DNA of 63,935 nt, counting the filler, from Welwitschia mirabilis (lineage: Eukaryota): assembly GCA_051453625.1 (NCBI GenBank). It is 5 parts of one record of this genome, joined end to end, with 100 filler letters (N's around TTAATTAATTAA, not from the genome) between each part and the next. Parts side by side here need not be neighbours in the genome. Positions count along the whole stretch, not along the records: positions 32,688 to 55,932 come from JBOZIK010000001.1; 4 more parts are not named here. One strand, given 5' to 3'. Below, in pieces: positions 38,601 through 49,849 of the stretch. Positions within the stretch are counted from its first letter, which is position 1. Each line of letters opens with the position of its first letter. Made by a program: the position numbers and the translations under genes. Under the pieces are notes generated by a model, which saw only the letters and a list, made by a program, of their open reading frames with translations, did not search any database and was not told where the DNA came from.

Positions 38601-41450
38601 AGTAGGTTCTTAGAAATAAATACCTTCATTCCAATTTTGCTAAGGTGACTAATTCTGCGATGCTACAAAGAATCATTGTCTTATGTAATTGCAGTAACCA
38701 CATCTTCCAATTGCATGTGCTCTTAGTGTATACAACGTCCTTTCTTTCTTACCATGCATGAGTGTCATCGCACCTTTTCTGACTTTCTAGCTTCCATCAA
38801 CATGAGTNNNNNNNNNNNNNNNNNNNNNNNNNNNNNNNNNNNNNNNNNNNNNNNNNNNNNNNNNNNNNNNNNNNNNNNNNNNNNNNNNNNNNNNNNNNNN
38901 NNNNNNNNNNNNNNNNNNNNNNNNNNNNNNNNNNNNNNNNNNNNNNNNNNNNNNNNNNNNNNNNNNNNNNNNNNNNNNNNNNNNNNNNNNNNNNNNNNNN
39001 NNNNNNNNNNNNNNNNNNNNNNNNNNNNNNNNNNNNNNNNNNNNNNNNNNNNNNNNNNNNNNNNNNNNNNNNNNNNNNNNNNNNNNNNNNNNNNNNNNNN
39101 NNNNNNNNNNNNNNNNNNNNNNNNNNNNNNNNNNNNNNNNNNNNNNNNNNNNNNNNNNNNNNNNNNNNNNNNNNNNNNNNNNNNNNNNNNNNNNNNNNNN
39201 NNNNNNNNNNNNNNNNNNNNNNNNNNNNNNNNNNNNNNNNNNNNNNNNNNNNNNNNNNNNNNNNNNNNNNNNNNNNNNNNNNNNNNNNNNNNNNNNNNNN
39301 NNNNNNNNNNNNNNNNNNNNNNNNNNNNNNNNNNNNNNNNNNNNNNNNNNNNNNNNNNNNNNNNNNNNNNNNNNNNNNNNNNNNNNNNNNNNNNNNNNNN
39401 NNNNNNNNNNNNNNNNNNNNNNNNNNNNNNNNNNNNNNNNNNNNNNNNNNNNNNNNNNNNNNNNNNNNNNNNNNNNNNNNNNNNNNNNNNNNNNNNNNNN
39501 NNNNNNNNNNNNNNNNCCTCCAATTGCATGTGCTCTTAGTGTATACAACGTCCTTTCTTTCTTACCATGCATTAGTGTCATCGCACCTTTGCTGACTTTC
39601 TAGCTTCCATCAACATGAGTAATTTTACAACCCAAACCATCCAACTGTCTAGAAGAGATCAAGTTCATTGTAATACTTGGAAGATGGTAAACATTCCTCA
39701 ATCTCACACTTGGCCATTACTCTGTCTCAAAATGATAGCATCAATTCCTTCAATAGTATCTGTCATCTCCTAGGTAGACNNNNNNNNNNNNNNNNNNNNN
39801 NNNNNNNNNNNNNNNNTTTTTGTATGAACAAGCATGGAAGGAAGCTCATGAATCTAGAATCCATATATCAAGAGTAGAGCACATGGAGACCTTGGCATCT
39901 CCATCTTTAGCAATTAGCACGATTGAAACATCTCCATCAGATTCTGGTTGTTCTTGTCCACTATTCTCAAGTTTCTCATCTTTTATTTTATTTTTCAAGG
40001 CATAATAGTCCTTGCGTAAATGACCGTTCTTCTTATAATACCAACAAACAACTTTACTTCTGCCAGTAGATTTACCTCNNNNNNNNNNNNNNNNNNNNNN
40101 NNNNNNNNNNNNNNNNNNNNNNNNNNNNNNNNNNNNNNNNNNNNNNNNNNNNNNNNNNNNNNNNNNNNNNNNNNNNNNNNNNNNNNNNNNNNNNNNNNNN
40201 NNNNNNNNNNNNNNNNNNNNNNNNNNNNNNNNNNNNNNNNNNNNNNNNNNNNNNNNNNNNNNNNNNNNNNNNNNNNNNNNNNNNNNNNNNNNNNNNNNNN
40301 NNNNNNNNNNNNNNNNNNNNNNNNNNNNNNNNNNNNNNNNNNNNNNNNNNNNNNCGTCCAAATGACTTTGCAAAGACGTTCCTTCTTTCATTTTAATCTT
40401 GAAAACCCTGTTAATCGTATAATATTTATTCATTCTAGTGGGTGAGTCATACCTTTCATACAACATTTTCCACAAGACATGTGCCTCGATGATTCCCCTA
40501 TACGTTCTAAGTATAATGTTGCCAAGATATAGATGAATTGTGGTGAGAGCTTTTCTGTTGAATTTTTCCCATTCTTTGTCAAGGCATTTTTTCAAACAAT
40601 CAACATCTGACAATCCAGATGCTATTTTTGCTTTGCCCTTTGATTTGAGAACAACATCGCAATCCTTCAAGAAGAGAACATCCTCTGTCAAGATTTTCCA
40701 ATTTCCCTAGTTCCCAACTCCATCAAGAAAATGAAACAAGGAGCATAAGAACAACACACATGGATTTACGTGGAAAACCCTTTCGGGAAAAACCACGGGA
40801 AGCAGGCAGAGCTCTAATCTTATTCAAAGAGCAAAAGAATCACCATACAAAACAAACCCCTTAGCAACTTTCAAATAGGTTTAGGGTTTCAAGCCAAGAC
40901 AATCTAGAAAGTTCCTTTCCTTTTCCCTTCCTTTTGTTTTTCTTTTATTTAAATACCCAAGGAGTTAAAACATAACTGCCTTTTACAACTTTACAAAAAG
41001 GGCAGTCAATGTTAAAACATAATATTACAATATAAACGAGACAAATTTGGCTTCACTTTTGTAACATAAATAAGATCTATTTGATCTTTATCCCTTTTTT
41101 GAATGTGAGGAGTATGGGCGTAAAATGTCCTCAAATGGCTTGAAGTATCTCCAGGGGAGGGAGAAGAGCCCACACTTGGAACATTCGAATGAGAAGGAAA
41201 CTATCCTTGGTTTCTTTTCGCAATTATTTCCTCTGCCTGCCAAGAAGGTCCTCTTCTTCTATCCTTTTCTGCAAGCATTGCCATACACTTTTGCTCGATC
41301 TCTTCATTGGTATCTCCTCTTGGATTAAGACACTTGCAAATATCATGCCTTGTGCAATATCATATTTTAATTCCGTAACTCCTCCGAGAACGTTAATACC
41401 ACATAACATGGAGATAACTTCTATTGCCTTTGTTTGAGGGTTACAACATT
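32690..41450 (-). pseudogene. hAT transposase relic 2 (BED - DUF659 - dimerisation), intron-containing, split by a Copia
   Basis: LCGINVLGGVTELKYDIA (BED-like, ~41350-41410), EEIGANNVVQ|gt, TDNVAS, KPSTIRFATNF, LHAIAHVLNP, CERNWS and RLNDLVFVHYNL. Confidence 0.88.
35218..41066 (-). mobile_element. Near full-length Copia (Tork-like) inserted in hAT relic 2
   Basis: LTRs 35218-35568 and ~40722-41066, TAAAT on both flanks, PPT complement at 35569-35578. Gag EDVLFLKDCD...CWYYKKNGH, protease WILDS, RT KSLYGLKQAPRQW, RNaseH STTEAEY and HARTKHIDVKYHF. Confidence 0.9.
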
Positions 41451-42314
41451 ATCAAGCTTTATCATTAGCGTGAACCATCTTCAAGACTCAAGAGAAATGA
41501 AACCCGTTAAAAGCATTATCCATAGAAAATGAAGAAAAGGTACGTATTTAAATGATGAATTAAAGGTTTAATAATTACATAAGAGAGAATTATTTTAAAA
41601 TAGAAAATTAGAAATAAAGCATTTTTCTTAAAAGGTAAATACGTATCATACAACTACAATAACATAGAAGATGAGAGAAAACATTACTTTGCAAAACTTC
41701 TTCACTTGTGCATTGAAGATTACTTCTATCATTAATTGCAAAACTAAGATATTTTCAGAATTCACTTTGGAACACCATTTTCAGCTCTAAAAAGCACAGA
41801 TCTTTTTATATTTTTATATTTTTGGGATAACTAGTTTTGACCGAACATTGATGACACTAAAAAAGTCTCAGTTTTATTATTATAACGAACTCTAATTGGG
41901 TATGGCCAACAACAATTTGAAACAAAAGCAGTTCAATGCTGTAGGAAAAAAAGCTAGTTTTGATAAATAATGTCACTTCAAAAATCAAAAATAAAAAAAT
42001 CATTGTGATATAGTGCAAGCTCTTTTGCTTGAAATCAACTATGTAATCCTAAAACTCACATTACCCTCATCTTGGCAGCTACCCATTTACACAGAAAACT
42101 TTCATATTCTAAAGGAAAAATTCAGAAAATGTCATAACTAGAATTTGACAAAACTGGAATGAAAGATAAAAATCTGCATTGGGCTAAAAATCCATATACC
42201 AATTTAAGACATTAAAGAAACAATGAAACTGGATAACTCAAGTTAGAAACCAAGATGTAGAACAGTACATACAGTGACAGTTAAAAGAGCAAAGTGATGT
42301 ATAGTTGAGAGAAA

Positions 42315-42336
42315 AGAGAGAGAGAGAGAGAGAGAG
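42315..42336. repeat. (AG)n microsatellite
   Basis: Directly visible; lies upstream of the minus-strand hAT relic. Confidence 0.9.
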
Positions 42337-43149
42337 TTATCTGTGGCAAAGATGGGTACAAAAAGATGGATGTGTAGTTGAACAAGAATAGAATCCGAAA
42401 TGAGCACTTTAATGCCAGCCTGATGATGCCCTACTAGTAAAACATGGCTGTCACCACAAGATTTCAATAGATTATGAACACTACAAATATACCCAGCTTG
42501 TCATCCTCCATATAAAAAGTTCATAGCAGGTGTGAGCCAAATGAAGTCAACCAGAGTTCCCAAGTCGTACCCTTTTGTTCCCCACAACACACTATATCCA
42601 CCATAGGAAGAGGTCACCTAGCTTTACAAGTGAGTCAATGAGAGTTCTAAATTTCTGATTATTGTAAAACATGGTATATGACAGATTTTATCAATTGCGT
42701 TTACAACACTAACCATCACATTACATCAACACAAGAAGATTTTATCAATTGCTATTTGCTATTATTAGTTAAAAATGTGAAACTGTAACCAAAATCAGTT
42801 GAACAAAATTTCTAACTCACTAAACACTTCAAAAATCAGTGATTGGACAAGCCAAGAATCTGTGTTTCTGTGAAATGAAGAAGAATTTCTTTTTTTGCCT
42901 ACTCTGTTGTTCTGCTTTTTTGTCCTGATGCCCAACTCTATTTTTCATGTCTGTTTCTAGCACATTTCTGTCTCTATTGCACAGCTTTTTATTTTTTTCT
43001 TCTGTCAAAGTGTTGCGACATTTTGTCAAAATGTCATGAAAAGAATGCGATTGGGTGGCAACATGTCACTGACTTTTTGAATATGTTGTTTGAAAAAAGT
43101 TGCCCTCATGGCCACTTTGTGGAAAATTGTTTATAAGGTGACAGGTTGC

Positions 43150-46020
43150 ATATGTTCTATGATCTAACTACCTTTTGAGACATAGGGTCTTGTGTCTCGT
43201 ATCTAGGGTCATCTTTGCCATATCCAAGAAAAATGCATTTCCTAGCATGCTCTTCCAATGTTGTTCGATTATGAACATGAATATATGCCTTATAGTCAAA
43301 GACATGCTGACATGACAATGATAAAATTCCACTCCAAACAGAACGCCATAGCTTCTTTGTTGGCTTTCCAATTCCCACCTTCCTGAATGAATTGGCAACT
43401 AAGTTTACCAAGTTATCCAAGAAACTGAGATTGTTGCAAGTTTAGGAACTTGGAGAAAGTTGCTCAAGGTAATTTGTTGATGACAACAGAATTGATTTCT
43501 TGGATTTCCTAAGATATACCTTGCCATTTGAAACCATTTATAAATAAAAAAATTCTTTATGTAGATAAACATGAAAGGAAGCATCTAAGTGAAGTATACA
43601 CATATCTTTAGACGAATGCATGAAATATTGGCTTCTCTGAGACAAGTGTGATAAGAGTGTCACCATCTATGTTCATTCCCTGATTACTGTTTTGGTCTGG
43701 CATATCGTTAGGGTCCTTGATATTAAAAACATGCATCAAAAGTGGATCACAATAATTTGTCTATCAAAAAAGAATAAACAAATAAATAGTAATGCAGATT
43801 CAAAGAAGAGACAAACAAGGAAAATTATGGGAAAGCAGCATAGGCAATCATCTTCAATTACCCAAGAACAAATGTTACAAGCCAAGACCAATGGCACAAG
43901 TTAGAGTTTCCAAACGATTACCCTTACAGTGTAGACCAATCACTATCCCTCTTTCACCTCTACTGCAATAAACCCACCATCAAGTTTGTGTAGGATTACA
44001 AACCCTGGAGGACCCTAAATTTATTTTTGCAAATGCCCTTAAATATACTTTAAAAGAAATAAGAAGGGCATAAAAACATGGATTTGGCTTCACTAATCTC
44101 TAACAATCCTTTCCCTTCTGCTTACTTCTCACTAAATAACAATCCATTTAAAGGTGGTTATCTGTCTTACAAAACAAACAATGCCACCACTTCCAATAGC
44201 AAGTGCTACACTTGAAGGCTTTTTGACGGAAAATGATTGTTGTTTTTTGTCAGCATCTAATCATGTGGAAATCACCAAATTCAAAATTGTAATCCTTGGA
44301 GAGGTTGTGGTCAAGGTAGTCCTTATAGTTTCATAGTTATTTGTCAAGGAACTGAGAATAGAAAAGCATGAAATATTCCAAGAAACTTCACGTGAAGGTC
44401 ATCTAGCTATGTGAATAATCACTGCATTTGTCAAGATGAGATTAAAGAGACACTCCTTCCTTCAGTTTTGATTTTAAAAATGCTGTTTACAGTATGCTCT
44501 TGGTTGAGGTCGGCTGGTCAAAGCTTTGTTTGAGCTTCTCCCATGGTTCATATAGGGTCTTCTGTTTTGCATATGATTGTAGAAAGCTATTGCTAAGGCA
44601 CAAATCAAAATCAAGGACAATGCCTTTTGTCCAGTTTCTTCTAGTCTCTATCAGACATTATAAGGGGGTTCATTGTTGCCTTCTCTTGTAAATAAGGTCA
44701 CAATCTTTCTACCACAGCATGTCCTCCATCAAAATTTTCTTGATATTATCAACGTTGGTGAAGTGTGCAGTGGTTTGAAGATGTTCCATTGTGCAATGGT
44801 AGGTAACTGCAAGGAATGGGTAGTGGGACAGGCTATATAGACAACTCAAATATATTTTGCTCTCTCACTTTAGTCAGTCACAGGAATATCCTTTGCATTG
44901 TTGGCCTATGGCATATTCAATAAGAACTTCCCCACTTCCTTAACTTGTTCCGAGGGCCACTCACTTACTCAACTACAGACATCCCCTAGAGTTCAAGTTA
45001 TAACATAACTTGTTATGCAAACAAGTGGACAGTGGACAAACTGTATAGGTAACTGAAAAATATTTTGCTTTAGCACTTTACTCAGTCACAAGGATGTCCT
45101 TTGCATTGTTGACCCATGGCGTATCCAATTAGAACTTCTTCTCTTCCTTTACTTGCTGTTCTACGTAGGTTCTGGAGGCCACTCATTCTTTCAACCAAGC
45201 ACCCTCTAGGGTGCCTTAGAATTCAACATAACTTGTTATGTAAACAAATGGTCAGTGGACAAACTATGTAGACAACTCAAAAATATTTTGTTTTCTCACT
45301 TTACTCACAAGAATGCCCTCTGCATTGTTAGCCCATTGGTGTATTCAATTAGAACATCTCTTCTTTTACTTGCTGTTCTACGTATGTTCTGCAGGCCACT
45401 CATTCTCTTAATCAAGGATGTCTAGAGTGGCTTAGAATTCAACATAACTTGTTATGTAAACAAATGGGCAGTGGACAAACTATATAGACAACTAAAAAAT
45501 ATTTTGCTATCTCACTTTACTCACTCATGAGAACGTCATTTGCATTGTTGGCTGATGGCATATTCAATTAGAACTTCCCCACTTCCTTCCCTTGATCTTG
45601 TACCTGTGTTCTTTAGGCCAGTGATTCTCTCAACCAAGGACCTCTACAGTGCCTTGAAATTCAAGTTATAACATGACTTTTTATGAAAACAAAGAGCAAG
45701 AAACAAAAACAAGAAGAAAACAACCCACAAAAGTTAGTGGCTCAACCATTTTCTAGCCTGCTTCATGAGAAGTAGCGGCAAACCCATTATATTTAATCTT
45801 CAGCAGAAAATGTAGAAGCCACAAAGAAGATGCATCAAGCAAGCATAGAGGGTTGTGAAAGGGATCAAGACTCTGAGAAAGTACCCCAAAACTGTAAGGG
45901 CTTACCAAAAAAGAGCTCAGCCACAATACCCCTCAACAAATGTGAAGCGATTATACTATGTTTTACAACATAAATTAACTACTGGGTCGGCATGGTTTTA
46001 GAAACTAATCACTTTCAACA
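43150..46020 (-). mobile_element. Cluster of Copia fragments: post-integrase piece, LTR 43758-44105, gag relic 44110-44790, leader array, LTR from ~45680
   Basis: ARKCIFLGYGKD motif, LTR end atttggcttcac...taaca, gag KILMEDMLW*KDCD, and LTR-type motif ttttctagcct at ~45750. Confidence 0.7.
44822..45696. repeat. Four-copy diverged tandem array, unit ~209-223 bp
   Basis: Units start agtgg(g)aca at 44822, 45031, 45254 and 45470. They share aatattttg, tgcattgtt and agaac motifs and cataacttgttatg. Confidence 0.92.
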
Positions 46021-46943
46021 GAAATAAAAGATAAATAAAGGTATTACAAGGGGTTTTAGTAGATCATAATTTGCCTTGACAATTATTAGCAGGTTCAGTG
46101 CTTTTACTGAAAAGTAAGACATCTCATAAATCATATGCCTCATGCTATGCAAATACTAGCTTCCCCACTGCCCAAACCATAAGTTATGAAAATCATTTAA
46201 ACTATTAGTTGACCACTATTAAAGGTTTTCATTCTTTCTTTTGTTCCCAAATCATATTGATTCTTGTAATGGTTATGGCTTTTTAGTTTTAACATTCATT
46301 TTATAATCTGTTTTGGATTTGACTGTGTCATATTTCTGTATGCTGCTAACTGCTTTGTATACTTGGTCATTACTGTGAACTTAGTTGTGTTTTAAATGTG
46401 TTCTACATTTTCATGCCCTTTTGGACGTATTTGTCTTCTCTTGAATGTCATCTGTTTTTAAGCTTGCATCAGCATGCTTGAATTGGGATTGCCAGTGCCA
46501 CAATTAATGAATTTTTCAGATGATAGCTGCAGAATTCTTAGCGTATAAGAGTTACAGTATCATGTGGGTTTTTGTTTGATTTAATGGGTATCAGTTATCA
46601 TACTAGGATATCAGTTAAATATTAGTGAGCTAACTATACCTATGGCATTGTGAGTCTTTGTTTATTTATTTCTTCTGTTTTTATTGATTTTGTTCAGATT
46701 TCTTTTTAGTGAAAATTCTGCATATCATTTCCTTTATCTGGCATTTTGACATCCCTATAGATATCTATCTATAAAATGAGGCCAGAAACTCAAATTTCAT
46801 TCTTCATACTTAATTATTTAGTGAGATGTTTTTCTTCTTCATGATTGTTTCTGCACACTTTTTAAGATGATGTTGTTAACATGATTTACATAGATTTTTT
46901 TCAATAATATTATTATGCTATTCTCATATCATTGATTGGACAG

Positions 46944-47194
46944 GTTGTGCGGTTAGCTTCTTTCCCTCAGGCTCCATCAGTCCCTCCATTTATGAGTGTT
47001 GCTAAACAAGCAAAAACCACTGGACATGAGACAGGCATCTCAAAAGACATGGAAGAAAGAAAGGTTAATGAAGTTGCTGTTGCTGGTGGAGGTGTTTCTG
47101 TTGCAGTGACCCGTTTTCCTCCAGAGCAGAAACGTCCTGTAGGACCACTAGTTCTTGTTGGTGTTAGGGATGGTGTTCTGTGGCTTGTTGACAG
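46944..47194 (+). CDS. TWD40-2: TWD40-2 internal exon D
   Basis: Acceptor ggacag|GTT and donor GACAG|gtgagt. Encodes VVRLASFPQAPSVPPF...VAVTRFPPEQKRPVGPLVLVGVRDGVLWLVDR, continuing exon C in frame (PPMIQ-VVRLASF). Confidence 0.93.
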
Positions 47195-48332
47195 GTGAGT
47201 TGTGTGTTTGCTTGTGCTTGAGCAATTCTAAGATGAAACAACTTAGCTGATGAACAATTTTGCAAGTTTTGAATGCTTATTGTTTTACTATATTTTAAAT
47301 ATAATTTTATTGATAACTTGGAATATGTTACAAATAGGGTAAACGTTTTTACTTTTCAGACGTAAGCGTCCTTGTTTTTTTATTTTCAATAACATGATGG
47401 ATTCGGCTTGCTGGGTGGACAGACTCTGTCTTTTTTGGTAGATCAACCACACAACATTGAAGCATTGATTTTTGTTAGCCTTTAAGTGTATTCTACTAGT
47501 TTTATCATTACCTTATTTTTAACTCTCATCACGACAGTCCAAGCGTACCTTTCGGTGTGTTTTGATGTCCTTAGGAAACTCTATATGTAAATGCTTCTTG
47601 TGTTTTTATCCTTCAGGAACATATCTTAGGCTCTGTTTGCTTGGATTTTTTAATTATTTGTAGACCTACAGCTCCTAGCATTCACAATAAGATCTTATGT
47701 TTATTATGCAATGCTTAGACAATCACGGATGTAAGTGTAAGCTGGAATTAGTGAGAAAACAACCACAAATCAAAAGCCATTGGGACAAAAGAAAATAGAA
47801 TAAGAAATGGTTCTCAAACCCCTGCTGAACCAGGCAAATGATCAGGCAATGCAATTCCATTAACACCTGTCACAGTACAAAATTAAGAACTAATAATTTT
47901 ATAGTCCTGATTGTTCTGTCTTTCTGCTATGACAGTGAGCTTATCACGCCTTTGACTTATAACATGATCTAGAAAATATCATTTGTGAATGCAAATGGTA
48001 AAATGGGGGAATTACACTGAAGTCAGCAGGGGCAGACAATCTATTTTTATCATAGATCCAAACCCTTAACAATGTAATTTTTTTTGGCCTGCTTCTTGTC
48101 TTGTCATTTTCTTGTTACTTGTCTTCAGTCTTGTAGATGAGAGTTACAGATCTGATTTATCTTGCTTGTCTTCACATTTATAGTGCTCCCATATTTTGAT
48201 TCAGTCAATGTTGAATGACTTGCAGGGGACCTCAGGTTGCAACAAGAAATCTCAATCTGCCTTTAGTATTCCAATTAGGAAATGGGCATCCAGTGCAGAG
48301 CCTTCTTTCACATCCAGTGATATAAATGCCAG

Positions 48333-49095
48333 CAATTAGTTTAAGATAGTGGCCTGAAAAAGTTGTGTTGGGGAGGCATGTCATCACATTTGTGCAAAAT
48401 GTCAGCAATTGCTTTTTATTTAAAAATTAAGGGAATTTAAACTTTACAAGATTTATGAACAATCTAAGCTAAAAGCACTAAAAAATAAGCAAATACAAAA
48501 AGCATTTCAAGCTCATAGATAAGTAGAAAGCGAATTATCATTTGTAAATATCATACATTGCATGCAATTTGTTGAATACGATTGCGACCACATTTATGAG
48601 TTTCTCCAAAGAATTTGTTTGAAAAGAAAAATAACATTAAAATGTTTAAAGCACAATAACACCACTTCACTTCATAATAATGTGGAAAAAAGCATGAAGC
48701 ACAAATAATATAAAAGTGTGTGACTTGACACCATTGGAAATGTGCATGCCACAAAAAACTTGCAAATCACTTTTGTTGCCCTTGTTTTGGCATAGCACCA
48801 TTGCCAAGATTTATATTTAGGTCGGCCTATGTTTAAAGGAGGAGAAGAAAATGCACAAGAAATGAATGCAGTTAGAATCATAGGGGACACATTGCTGGAA
48901 ACGGTGTGTTTTTGCATGAATTGTCTTTTCTATCATGTTTTATTCTCTTTGCCATGTGACTTTTTTAGTTTTCGTTGTGACATATTGCTGACATAAATAG
49001 TTGACCACATGTCGTCAATATTTCAAAATGTCTTGTGAAAAGGTTCTCTTGTAGAGACATTTCGGGCAAAAAATAACGCCTTATTTAAAACATTG
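48333..49095. mobile_element. Possible non-autonomous DNA transposon (MITE-like)
   Basis: Imperfect termini caattagtttaa / ttaaaacattg. The right end (48975-49070) resembles 43010-43135. Confidence 0.3.
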
Positions 49096-49849
49096 TTCAC
49101 ATCAACATGAGCAAGCACTTTGTGCTATACAATGCTTTATAACATATTTAGACAAACCATAGCGTAATTATGAGTGTTGTTTTCGTTTGGAGATTCCAGA
49201 TCCTCGGATTGGTCCAAAGTGGTTTGTAGATTGCAAACATAAAAAACTAATGCTTAGATGACACCCTATTCGTGAATTGTCTAGACTTTGCACTAGTGTT
49301 GTTGGGTGTAAAGAAGGCTTTACACTCGGCTTGGCGGGCGATGTGTAAGAGTCATGATGGACACTCCTAGCCCTATCCCTATCATAGACATGTGGATCTG
49401 TGATGGCCCAATGTGTCTAGACAATGGTAGCTAGGAGTTGGGGACACCTTAATAAACATTCAAGTGTGCAACTAGAGGGTTTCAACCTACCTTAATAGGG
49501 ACTTCCTCTTCAATATCAGGAGAAAAAGGAAAAACACATTTTTAGCATATCACAATACATTTTAGATGAAAACATAGAAAAAATAGAGCATTATATTACT
49601 TTATACTATTTGTAAACATATAGCTAATAAGTAATGGAGTTAGAAAAGCTGCAAATACCAAACAACAAAAGTATAGAGTGGTGCTTCATGATTTTCATCC
49701 AAGTACATGAATTGAAAATGCAAAAGTACAAAATTGCCACAGTGAAGATTGGATAATATAATTTATGATAATGGTCTACATTCCAATCCTTTCCATCCAC
49801 ATGGTTGAAGCTTGGCCTTTTGAAATAGCGTTGTGTCTTACTTCATAAT

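Noticed and set aside
44822..45696. Regularly spaced palindromic repeats suggesting a CRISPR-like array
   Set aside because: The intervening sequences are homologous to each other rather than unique spacers, the period is ~215 bp, and the context is eukaryotic with no cas genes.
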